Of a stretch of DNA of 64,000 nucleotides, positions 21,060-29,121 are shown piece by piece. The stretch covers positions 2,830,597-2,894,596 of the forward strand of contig CBDHCQ010000004.1 of NCBI GenBank assembly GCA_965261255.1, in the 5' to 3' direction. Under the pieces are notes generated by a model. The model was given only the letters and a program-made list of their open reading frames with translations. It was not told where the DNA came from and searched no databases. A program made the translations under genes and the position numbers. The first letter of the stretch is position 1, and every line of letters starts with the position of its first letter. This DNA comes from Rhodothermales bacterium. Lineage in GTDB: Bacteria > Bacteroidota > Rhodothermia > Rhodothermales > Bin80.

Positions 21060-22787
21060 CTAACTGGCAACCTCTGTTTCAATGGGGGAAAGCGTCACAC
21101 CACTTAGGCCCATTGCCTTGTAGGTTGCTCCGGTGAATGCCGGGATGGACGCGCTGATATGCTGCATGACTTTTTTGGGGCTTTGTGCGACAATCTCCAC
21201 ACCCAGGATTCGCGCTACAAGGGGTATAATCTCCCAACTGGGCTTGCAGTCCACATAATGGGACTCATTGTGCCAGCGGTCAAAGGGTGTACCGTGCTGA
21301 TCGGCGCGGCTCACCCCCATTTGCATCATAAGTGTACGGTTTACACCTTTGATGGCCTTCGCAGGCACCACACGTTGTGCGCGCCCGGCTTCATTAACAA
21401 ATGTACCGATCGTCTCTGCAACCGTTGCGGCCGGCAAGGCTACATTGGCTGAGGGCAGGGTTTGGTTCGTCGTATTGTAGTAGTGCAGTATCACCTGTAC
21501 ACTGTCCAGTGCTTGCGCACTGCAAAGTCCCGCAGCAACAGGATCATCCTCCAACACATAGAGCCCCTGCACCTCCCCTGCTTCAAGGCGTGCACCCCAC
21601 AACTTCATATCAATGGGCTGTAGTCCTAACCGTGCACATCCCTGACTGTTGGGGGCCCGGTCATCTGTTCTCAACCATCCATCCCCATGGCCCGGCTCAA
21701 TGTGAGGTATATACCCGGCTACCTGTCCACCGACAGCTTCCGCAAGCTGCATCAACATCCAGTTGTCTTCAACCGTTGCACGTGCCGAAGCCAGGAACAG
21801 AGTCTCCTTACCTGCATTCCCCAGGATTTCTGCGGCCTCTTGAATTGCCTCATCCCAGGAACACGCCCCCGACTTTTTCAAAGCTGCAGGACCACAGGGG
21901 CGGTTCTCATTAAACCATCTGTACGTCAGGCGATCTTCGTCCGGAAGCCAGAACTCATTAACATCCGGGTTAGGACGCGGAGTCATCCGCATCACCAGAT
22001 TGTCACGCACCCACAGATAACAATTCGATCCCTTGGCATTCGTCGTAGTAATGGACGGCGCACTGGCCATTTCCCATATCCGTGCCTGGAACCGAAAATC
22101 TGCCGATGTAAGTGCACCGACCGGGCACAGGTCAATCACGTTCATAGAGTAGGGTTCATCAAACGAAACGCCCGGCGGCGTAATCGGATAATTCTTGACA
22201 CCGCGCTCAATGATTGTAAGCTGCCCACTCCGGGAAATCTCATCTGTAAAGCGGACGCATCGCGTACAATTGATACATCGCTCAGCATCCAGAACCACAT
22301 TCGGCCCCAATTTGACTTTCTTGGGCTTATGGACTTTACGGAACTCAAAGCGCGATCCTTCCGGTCCATACTTATAGGCCTGAATCTGCAGCGGGCAATG
22401 CCCCGCCTGATCACATATAGGGCAGTCTAACGGGTGGTTAATGAGCAGAAACTCCATTGTGTCACGCTGTGCTCTCTCCACCTTTTCACTGGAGCGTGCA
22501 GTATGAACAACCTGCCCATCTGATATCACGTGACTGCAACTGGTCTGCAGTTTGGGGAAATACTGTATGACTTTCTCCCCATTTTCGTCCAGCTGAAACT
22601 CACCCGACTCCCGGTCACGCACAGGTGCTCCCACATCCACAAGACATTGCCGGCAATTTGCCGGTACAGACATGGATGGATGGTAACAGAAATGGGGTAG
22701 TTCTATGCCTTGATCCAGACAAAACTGGAGCAAACCCGGCCGCCCCTCGAACGCGTACTCCTCTCCGTCTATAATGACCTTTGGCAT
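21060..22787 (-). CDS. nuoG: NADH-quinone oxidoreductase subunit G (short form)
   Basis: N-terminal 2Fe-2S and 4Fe-4S Cys clusters (CYHPSMSVPANCRQC, HPLDCPICDQAGHCPLQ, CINCTRCVRF). Start taken at M17 (MPKVIIDGEEY). Confidence 0.9.
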   Translation of the reverse strand: MPKVIIDGEEYAFEGRPGLLQFCLDQGIELPHFCYHPSMSVPANCRQCLVDVGAPVRDRESGEFQLDENGEKVIQYFPKLQTSCSHVISDGQVVHTARSSEKVERAQRDTMEFLLINHPLDCPICDQAGHCPLQIQAYKYGPEGSRFEFRKVHKPKKVKLGPNVVLDAERCINCTRCVRFTDEISRSGQLTIIERGVKNYPITPPGVSFDEPYSMNVIDLCPVGALTSADFRFQARIWEMASAPSITTTNAKGSNCYLWVRDNLVMRMTPRPNPDVNEFWLPDEDRLTYRWFNENRPCGPAALKKSGACSWDEAIQEAAEILGNAGKETLFLASARATVEDNWMLMQLAEAVGGQVAGYIPHIEPGHGDGWLRTDDRAPNSQGCARLGLQPIDMKLWGARLEAGEVQGLYVLEDDPVAAGLCSAQALDSVQVILHYYNTTNQTLPSANVALPAATVAETIGTFVNEAGRAQRVVPAKAIKGVNRTLMMQMGVSRADQHGTPFDRWHNESHYVDCKPSWEIIPLVARILGVEIVAQSPKKVMQHISASIPAFTGATYKAMGLSGVTLSPIETEVAS

Positions 22788-22794
22788 AGGAAAC

Positions 22795-23244
22795 CTAAAT
22801 GGATTCTTCTGGAGATATGCGGACACCAGTAGCAATCATGGAAAGCATTGGAACAGCACCCGGAGCATCCTCCTGGTAATGTGCTTCTTTCTCCGCTTCT
22901 GGAATCGTTAAGTTGCCCACAGCCACGGCATATCGCCCACTGATATCAGTTGGAACTGTAAATGTGTACTCGCCGGCTTCTGTCTGTTCAACATGTACAC
23001 GCAAGCCTTCACCCGTGTCTTGGCCTCGCAACATCAGCCAGCAGCCATCCATCTGACAAACTTCATGCACCGTACCGGCCACGGCAACCTCGTTATCCGC
23101 ATAATGCCGAGGCTCGGCGAGTACAGCCTCTACGGGAATTACATCCACCGTTTCATGCTGTGTACCGTAGATATCATCGCTGGCCAACTCCGATCCGCCG
23201 CAGGCGGCCAACAACAGGCAAATACCGATCAGTGTGTATTTCAT
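22795..23244 (-). CDS. DUF4920 domain lipoprotein
   Basis: 149 aa. Lipobox LLAAC-G and the family-typical GTVHEVCQMDGCWLMLRG motif. It lies between nuoF and nuoG on the same strand. Confidence 0.7.
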   Translation of the reverse strand: MKYTLIGICLLLAACGGSELASDDIYGTQHETVDVIPVEAVLAEPRHYADNEVAVAGTVHEVCQMDGCWLMLRGQDTGEGLRVHVEQTEAGEYTFTVPTDISGRYAVAVGNLTIPEAEKEAHYQEDAPGAVPMLSMIATGVRISPEESI

Positions 23245-23264
23245 GGGGTTAGGTATCTATGTTT

Positions 23265-24554
23265 TCAAGCATTTACTGCCCAGGCAGACGGGCGACATCG
23301 GCGCTCAAAATCGCCCCGGAATCGCTTAATTGTGTTACGCACGGGCCATGCAGCCGCGTCAGCCAATGCACAAACAGTCCGCCCCTCCATTTGATCACAG
23401 AGATCAAGAAGCAAGTCCAGATCCCGCAGATTCCCTTCTCCATCATCAATCCGGGTGATCAAATTTTCCATCCATCCCGTGCCCTCTCTGCACGGTGTAC
23501 ACTGCCCACAACTTTCGTGGTGATAGAACCGTGCAACACGGCGCAAAAAGGCAACCATATCGGTGTCTTCATCCAAAAACAACATGCCGGCAGTGCCCAT
23601 CATTGAGCCTGCTTCCTGCAGACTTTCTACATCCATCGTCACACCGTCAATCATATCCGCCCGTAAAACCGGAACCGAAGCCCCTCCTGGTACAAGCGCC
23701 TTTAGCTTCTTATTGTTACGCATGCCGCCGGCAATCTCGAGTAAGTCTGTGATAAGCATCCCTGTGGGATACTCATATACGCCTGGACGATTCACATGGC
23801 CAGAAATACCGTAAAGTACAGGACCGGGATGCTTTTTCGCACCGACTCCTGCAAACCAGTCACCCCCACGGTCGATGATGATGGGGGCACAGGCCAGCGT
23901 TTCCACATTGTTTATGGTAGTTGGGTACCCCCAGATACCGGATTGCGCAGGAAAGGGAGGTTTAATGCGAGGATAAGCGCGTTTGCCTTCGAGAGATTCC
24001 ATCAGACTCGTCTCCTCACCACATATATAGGCTCCTGCCCCCTTGTGCATGATGATATCCATACTGAAATCCGTCCCCAGGATGTTGCTGCCTGCCAATT
24101 TCGCATCATATACCTTTGACAGCTCGTCCTGGAGGAGCGTAATCCAATTGGCAAACTCTCCCCGAACATACAGGTAGCATGCTTTGAGCGACATTGCATA
24201 GCCTGCAATCAGGATACCCTCAAACATGAGGTGAGGGTTATACTCCATGAGCTGCCTGTCCTTGAACGTTCCAGGCTCGCTTTCATCTGCGTTGCAGCAC
24301 AGGTAACGCGGCACATCCGGTTTGACCGGCGGCATGAAGCTCCATTTAAGCCCGGTAGGGAATCCCGCACCACCCCTGCCGCGAAGGCCACTGCGTTTGA
24401 CCTCCGCCGTAACCTCGTTAGGTTCCCAGTCATTCAGAACTGCACGCAGGGCCTCATATCCGCCCTGCGCCTGATATACATCCAGATGATGTAAATCTTT
24501 TACCGGCGGCAGAAGTACCCGTTTATATGATTGCCAGTCGCCCGCTTTTGTCAT
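23265..24554 (-). CDS. nuoF: NADH-quinone oxidoreductase subunit F
   Basis: 429 aa. FMN/NADH site GRGGAGFPTGLKW, plus CNADESEPGTFKDR and the 4Fe-4S cluster ESCGQCTPCREG. Confidence 0.95.
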   Translation of the reverse strand: MTKAGDWQSYKRVLLPPVKDLHHLDVYQAQGGYEALRAVLNDWEPNEVTAEVKRSGLRGRGGAGFPTGLKWSFMPPVKPDVPRYLCCNADESEPGTFKDRQLMEYNPHLMFEGILIAGYAMSLKACYLYVRGEFANWITLLQDELSKVYDAKLAGSNILGTDFSMDIIMHKGAGAYICGEETSLMESLEGKRAYPRIKPPFPAQSGIWGYPTTINNVETLACAPIIIDRGGDWFAGVGAKKHPGPVLYGISGHVNRPGVYEYPTGMLITDLLEIAGGMRNNKKLKALVPGGASVPVLRADMIDGVTMDVESLQEAGSMMGTAGMLFLDEDTDMVAFLRRVARFYHHESCGQCTPCREGTGWMENLITRIDDGEGNLRDLDLLLDLCDQMEGRTVCALADAAAWPVRNTIKRFRGDFERRCRPSAWAVNA

Positions 24555-24635
24555 GGCCTTATCGCATAGCCAGCAAACATCACCTGACGACCTGAAACCA
24601 AAATTGTACGCATCGGTCCTAAACCCTAGACAAAA

Positions 24636-25310
24636 TTACTGTGTTCGCTTCGCCTGCGGAGGAACCACGTAATGTTCGACCGCTTCCGCGTCAGTCCGTC
24701 TGTTTCCACCCATTTCATCTTCATCCTGTGGCAACGTGACGGATACAAATGGCAGTGGCTTTCCTGCTTCCATAGCAGCCAGTAATGCATCGATCTTTTC
24801 CGGTGTCAAATTATACGCGTATGGGCCGTTGGACACCTGCATCATGGGCGCAGAACCGCATGCCCCCAAGCATTCGGCTTCCTGCAATGTGTAACGGCCG
24901 CACGAAGTCGTATGCCCCCGCTTAACACCAAGTTTCTCTTCCAGATAAGCCAGGGTGTCGTAGCCTCCACAGAATTGACAGGAAAAACAAGTGCATACGT
25001 CTAGGACGAAAGTGCCTTTCTTTTCTTTAAAAAACTGCGTGTAGAACGTTGCCACGCCGTACACCTGTGCATAGGGCAGTGAGAGTTCGGCGGCAACCAG
25101 TCGCATCACCTCGGGAGGCAGAAATCCGAATTTTTCCTGCGCAAGCCAGAGCACCCACATAACTGCGCCATCCGGGGTTGGATACTGGACCACATAGTCG
25201 GCTATCTTTGCCTTTTCTTCGGAAGTAAAGACCAACTCCTCCTCCGAAAAATGTGCTTCCGGATTAGCATCTGGCAACGCCACCACGGGGTTACGAATAA
25301 AATCTGCCAT
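24636..25310 (-). CDS. nuoE: NADH-quinone oxidoreductase subunit E
   Basis: 224 aa. Thioredoxin-like 2Fe-2S pattern (DVCTCFSC ... CLGACGSAP) and YGVATFYTQF. Confidence 0.9.
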   Translation of the reverse strand: MADFIRNPVVALPDANPEAHFSEEELVFTSEEKAKIADYVVQYPTPDGAVMWVLWLAQEKFGFLPPEVMRLVAAELSLPYAQVYGVATFYTQFFKEKKGTFVLDVCTCFSCQFCGGYDTLAYLEEKLGVKRGHTTSCGRYTLQEAECLGACGSAPMMQVSNGPYAYNLTPEKIDALLAAMEAGKPLPFVSVTLPQDEDEMGGNRRTDAEAVEHYVVPPQAKRTQ

Positions 25311-26630
25311 CTACTTGTCCGCCTCACCCATTACCGGGTCAATAGAGCCGATCATTACTACAATATCTGCCACCGGATGACCTTCCATCATGGATTCCAA
25401 ACCCTGGAGGTTCGTGAAGGACGGGGCGTTAATACGTGCACGCCAGGGACATCCGGTTCCGTCGCTTTCAAGGTAGAACCCTAGCTCCCCTTTGGGAGAT
25501 TCTATAGCATGATACGCAGTAGCTCCTTTGGGCGGAGCAATCCCCGTTTCCGTGTACATGAAGTCGTGTATCATACCCTCCATTGAATAATATACTTCGT
25601 TCTTGGACGGATACGTTTTTTTTGCATCATCGGCCCGGATCGGCCCTTCCGGCAAACGATCTAGGCATTGGCGAATAATCTTGATGCTTTCTAGCATCTC
25701 CTCAACACGAATGTGATATCTCGCTAGACAATCTCCCTCCTCTCGGAGTGGAATTATGAAATCCACCTCGTCATACTTAAGGTAGGGTTCAAATGTGCGG
25801 ATATCATAGGGAACACCACTGCCGCGGAGATTGGGGCCTGTCAGTCCGAGTGCGACTGCTTCGTCTGCACTGACCGTGCCAACATCCTTGTTCCGGTCAA
25901 TCCAGATGCGATTACGGTTGAGAAGCTTTTGCCAGCCTCTAATGACCTCCTCGTAACGGGTCGCAAAGTCCCGGATCATGTCAATCGCTTTGGAACTCAG
26001 ATCCGTCGCCAATCCACCAATGCGGCTGTGCGAAACCGTAAAACGTGCTCCTGAAACCTCGTCAAAGATGTTATAGAGATCTTCCCTACCCTGAAAAGTC
26101 CATAGAAAAACACTTACTGCCCCTGCATCCATCAGCCCAACTCCCAGCCACAGCAAATGAGAAGAAATGCGAGCCAATTCACACATGATCATGCGGATCC
26201 ACTGTGCCCGCTCGGGAACCTCAATGTTCGCGAGTTTCTCCACCGCCAAACACCAGGCCACATTATTTGCGTAGGGCGCCAGGTAATCCATGCGGTCGGT
26301 ATAGGGCATGAACTCCTGATACGTCTTGCTTTCCGCGAGCTTTTCGATACCGCGATGCAAGTATCCGATGTCAAGTACACACTTTTCAATCCGCTCGCCA
26401 TCGAGCTTGACCATACACCTGAGCACACCATGTGTGGCAGGATGTTGCGGCCCGATGTTCAGCGTCATTTCGTGCTCGAGCGCATCCTTCACACGCGAAA
26501 CTTCAATGCCACGCCTTGTACTTAACCAGGCATCCTTACTCTCAAGTCGCTTGAGTATTGTCTCGTTATGCCTGGGCCAAAACGAGAATATATTCTCGTG
26601 ATCGTGATATGACGTTTTGACCGGCATCAA
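25311..26630 (-). CDS. nuoD: NADH-quinone oxidoreductase subunit D
   Basis: 439 aa. Shows LNIGPQHPATHGVLR and the C-terminal DIVVMIGSIDPVMGEADK. The N-terminus is about 30 aa longer than I expect for NuoD. It overlaps nuoC by 4 nt. Confidence 0.95.
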   Translation of the reverse strand: MMPVKTSYHDHENIFSFWPRHNETILKRLESKDAWLSTRRGIEVSRVKDALEHEMTLNIGPQHPATHGVLRCMVKLDGERIEKCVLDIGYLHRGIEKLAESKTYQEFMPYTDRMDYLAPYANNVAWCLAVEKLANIEVPERAQWIRMIMCELARISSHLLWLGVGLMDAGAVSVFLWTFQGREDLYNIFDEVSGARFTVSHSRIGGLATDLSSKAIDMIRDFATRYEEVIRGWQKLLNRNRIWIDRNKDVGTVSADEAVALGLTGPNLRGSGVPYDIRTFEPYLKYDEVDFIIPLREEGDCLARYHIRVEEMLESIKIIRQCLDRLPEGPIRADDAKKTYPSKNEVYYSMEGMIHDFMYTETGIAPPKGATAYHAIESPKGELGFYLESDGTGCPWRARINAPSFTNLQGLESMMEGHPVADIVVMIGSIDPVMGEADK

Positions 26631-27289
26631 TCTTCGTCGTTTTCTGCAGGCTCTTCATAGCTCTTGGCCGGACTGCCGCTGTGAGCAGCTGCAAAAGGAT
26701 CCATCGTGAGCTCCCCCTCGGGCATCCGTGGCGGAAGCGGAAGAGATCCTGGAATACCCAAGAGCGGAAATTCCTTGCGCTGAGGATGATAAGCAAAATC
26801 CTCCGGCATGTACATACGTCGAAGGTCTGGATGGCCCTCAAAACGAATGCCCAGCATGTCAAAGCACTCTCGTTCATTCCAGTCCGCTGCCTTGAACAGA
26901 CCGGTTATTGAGGGCAGAACCGCATCATCTTCCTCTACGCGCACCTTTATCCGAAGGCGTTTACCTGCTTTAAGGTTTACGAAACAGTAATAGACCTCGT
27001 AACGGGGTGCGTCCTCCTGAAAACGATCCACGCCTGCAAGATCCACTAGGTAGGTAAATCCCAGCTTCTCTTTCAGTGCTGTGCATACCTGTAAAAAAAA
27101 CTCACTTGCAATGAATGCGGTATGCTCACCCGCATACGCGACCACATCTGTTACTGCTCCCGGAAACTGCTCCTGGATAGCTTTTATCACATCCGTAACA
27201 TCAGTGGACGCCTTCGCGTGCACATTCTCTTCGTCTGGGCGCGCCTCATCTACGGGCGTAAAATGGAAGTTGAGGGAGTCAGACATCAA
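26627..27289 (-). CDS. nuoC: NADH-quinone oxidoreductase subunit C
   Basis: 220 aa. ADWNERECFDMLGIRFEGHPDLRRM is the NuoC signature region. Confidence 0.9.
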   Translation of the reverse strand: MMSDSLNFHFTPVDEARPDEENVHAKASTDVTDVIKAIQEQFPGAVTDVVAYAGEHTAFIASEFFLQVCTALKEKLGFTYLVDLAGVDRFQEDAPRYEVYYCFVNLKAGKRLRIKVRVEEDDAVLPSITGLFKAADWNERECFDMLGIRFEGHPDLRRMYMPEDFAYHPQRKEFPLLGIPGSLPLPPRMPEGELTMDPFAAAHSGSPAKSYEEPAENDED

Positions 27290-27296
27290 CTAATCT

Positions 27297-27851
27297 CTAT
27301 GCACCTACCTCTGTTGTCCGACCGTCACTCGTGAGAATCTCCAGATTGATTGGATCAGCTGTTGATTTTTTTGGGCCGCTTGCATAGTCCTTCGCGACGG
27401 AATACTCGTTTCGAACTTTCTCCTGTACATCCATTAACGCATGAATAACCGCCTCTGGCCGGGGCGGACACCCCGGGATATAGACATCAACTGGCATAAA
27501 ATTATCTATTCCCTGAACGACACCATAGCAGCGATGCATGCCTCCACTTGATGCACATGCTCCCATGGCTATACACCACTTCGGATCGGCCATTTGATCC
27601 CAGACGCGTCGTATCGCGTGCGCCATTTTGTAACTGCACCATCCTGCCACGATCATCAGGTCGGCCTGACGAGGAGAGAATCGCATGGCCTCACTGCCAA
27701 ACCTGCCGACATCGTACTTGGGACCACCGAAGGCCATCATCTCAATGGCACAGCATGCCAAGCCCATGGGCATCGGCATCAGAGAGTTTGAACGCGCCCA
27801 GTTGACAACAGAGTCAACTGTGGTTGTTAAGTATCCAGTAGCGGAATCCAT
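27297..27851 (-). CDS. nuoB: NADH-quinone oxidoreductase subunit B
   Basis: Shows [24 protein letters not shown] and [10 protein letters not shown] (N2 cluster ligands). The track ORF runs up to 28037 and overlaps nuoA, so M63 (27851) is chosen. Confidence 0.9.
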   Translation of the reverse strand: MDSATGYLTTTVDSVVNWARSNSLMPMPMGLACCAIEMMAFGGPKYDVGRFGSEAMRFSPRQADLMIVAGWCSYKMAHAIRRVWDQMADPKWCIAMGACASSGGMHRCYGVVQGIDNFMPVDVYIPGCPPRPEAVIHALMDVQEKVRNEYSVAKDYASGPKKSTADPINLEILTSDGRTTEVGA

Positions 27852-27901
27852 AGAGAAAAAACCAGCGTCGTTTTTTATGAGAAGTGATGCGGTCTGTTTC
27901 G

Positions 27902-28273
27902 TTAATCGAATTCCAGGCCGCCTTTTTTGATATCGTATAAAAGCCCTACCGCGAGGACCAAAATAAATATGCTTACGACCGCCAACACCCCCATACCAAT
28001 TCCCGCCTCCAGAAAATGCCTGTGACTGACTGCCCACGGATAAAGGAATACTACCTCTACGTCGAATACTATAAACACCATCGCAACCAGATAAAACTTG
28101 ACGGAGAACCGCTGATGAGCCGTCCCGACCGGATCCATGCCGCTCTCATAGGCACCTACCTTGACTCGGTTGGGCCTCCTGGGGCCAAGCAATCGCTGAG
28201 CTAACAGCAACGTCAAGGCCAAGCCTGTTGCCAGACCCAGCATAATCAATAGCGCGATAAATTCAGCACTCAT
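27902..28273 (-). CDS. nuoA: NADH-quinone oxidoreductase subunit A
   Basis: 123 aa with three TM helices. Shows YESGMDPVG and [15 protein letters not shown]. Confidence 0.9.
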   Translation of the reverse strand: MSAEFIALLIMLGLATGLALTLLLAQRLLGPRRPNRVKVGAYESGMDPVGTAHQRFSVKFYLVAMVFIVFDVEVVFLYPWAVSHRHFLEAGIGMGVLAVVSIFILVLAVGLLYDIKKGGLEFD

Positions 28274-29094
28274 GGCGTAAACGCCTAGTTATATTATCTC
28301 TGGATCAGGAATTGCACGTCCAGCGGTAATATACGGACCGATACCCGACTACAGAGCATGATCAACCTGCAAAGTAAGCAACTGGCTGCAACTCAAGTTT
28401 GGTCTTCACTTATGCTGAGCAACCAAGCCCGGATGACTGGGACTTGTACTTAACTGAACTCAAATTGGTGCGAATATGCCCGTATGTAGACTTAGTGCAT
28501 GGCACGGTGTCGTTAGAGTCGGGAGTATTCTTGTTTTTCCTCCGTCTATTTCCCGATTATTGCGCCTCAGGTTCGATTCTGCTCCCTGCTCACCAGACTG
28601 GACATGCGGTTTTCCCGCATCCGACTTTCAGTCGAAATTATGACTTCGTACGCGCAAAAGATTTTGCCTTTAGGGACGGCGACCCAATCCGCTGGTCTCT
28701 CATAGTATTACATCCGAGAATTGCCCATTCTTCCTGGTCTTTACCTTGGGCTTCCGACAAGCCTCTATAACTATGCAGAAATCAATGCGCTCATGGACAT
28801 GAAGGTAGGCTGAAGGAATCTCGAGTGATGTAAGTTCCTATCATCCAGACCGCCGCCATTGAGAATCCAGTACAGGCCGCGTCTGAAGATCTTCCTGTCC
28901 TCCCCTCATCCGTTTCTGAGGTAGCTAGACCAGTCGGTGGGTTATTGTCCAGGACCTCCCCAAGTGCACATAAAGCTCAACCTGTAGCTGTTATTCCTTG
29001 ATCATCCCGCCCTGTCAGTGCAAATTGAGCGCAACTGCCCCGCACCGGGCAAAAGGCGCTACTATCCCCAAGGGTGTGTCGCATGGATGCCTAA

Positions 29095-29120
29095 GCAAGC
29101 GCGAAATACTCGCAGCTTGC
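29095..29120 (-). terminator. GC-rich stem-loop directly after the receptor gene stop (possible terminator)
   Basis: GCAAGC-GCGA-aatac-TCGC-a-GCTTGC lies 1 nt downstream of the stop at 29122..29124. No clear U tract follows. Confidence 0.3.
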
Positions 29121-29121
29121 A

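Noticed and set aside
28570-28595. tRNA/tmRNA-like 3' end GGTTCGATTCTGCTCCCTGCTCACCA
   Set aside because: No 5-bp T stem can be formed around TTCGATT, no complementary acceptor strand (GAGCAGG) occurs upstream, and no tag-peptide reading frame or GGGG 5' end is nearby. At best it is a relic, reported only as part of the spacer finding.
28420-28640. Possible RNase P RNA on the minus strand. GAAAGTCGG resembles CR-I (GGAAAGUCCGG), and CATCCGGGCTT resembles CR-V (ACCCGGCUU).
   Set aside because: The matches are imperfect, and the spacing (about 200 nt) is too short. I could not find the other conserved blocks (GGUAACGCC-like P9/P10 region, ACAGAAA, AGAUGAAUG). The CR-I-like segment is also fully explained by a local CGACT-GAA-AGTCG hairpin.
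28399-28770. 123-aa plus-strand ORF in the spacer upstream of nuoA
   Set aside because: The translation (…LPAHQTGHAVFPHPTFSRNYDF…) is His/Pro/Trp-rich with no recognisable fold or signal. It spans the hairpin/T-loop-like elements, so I treat the region as non-coding.
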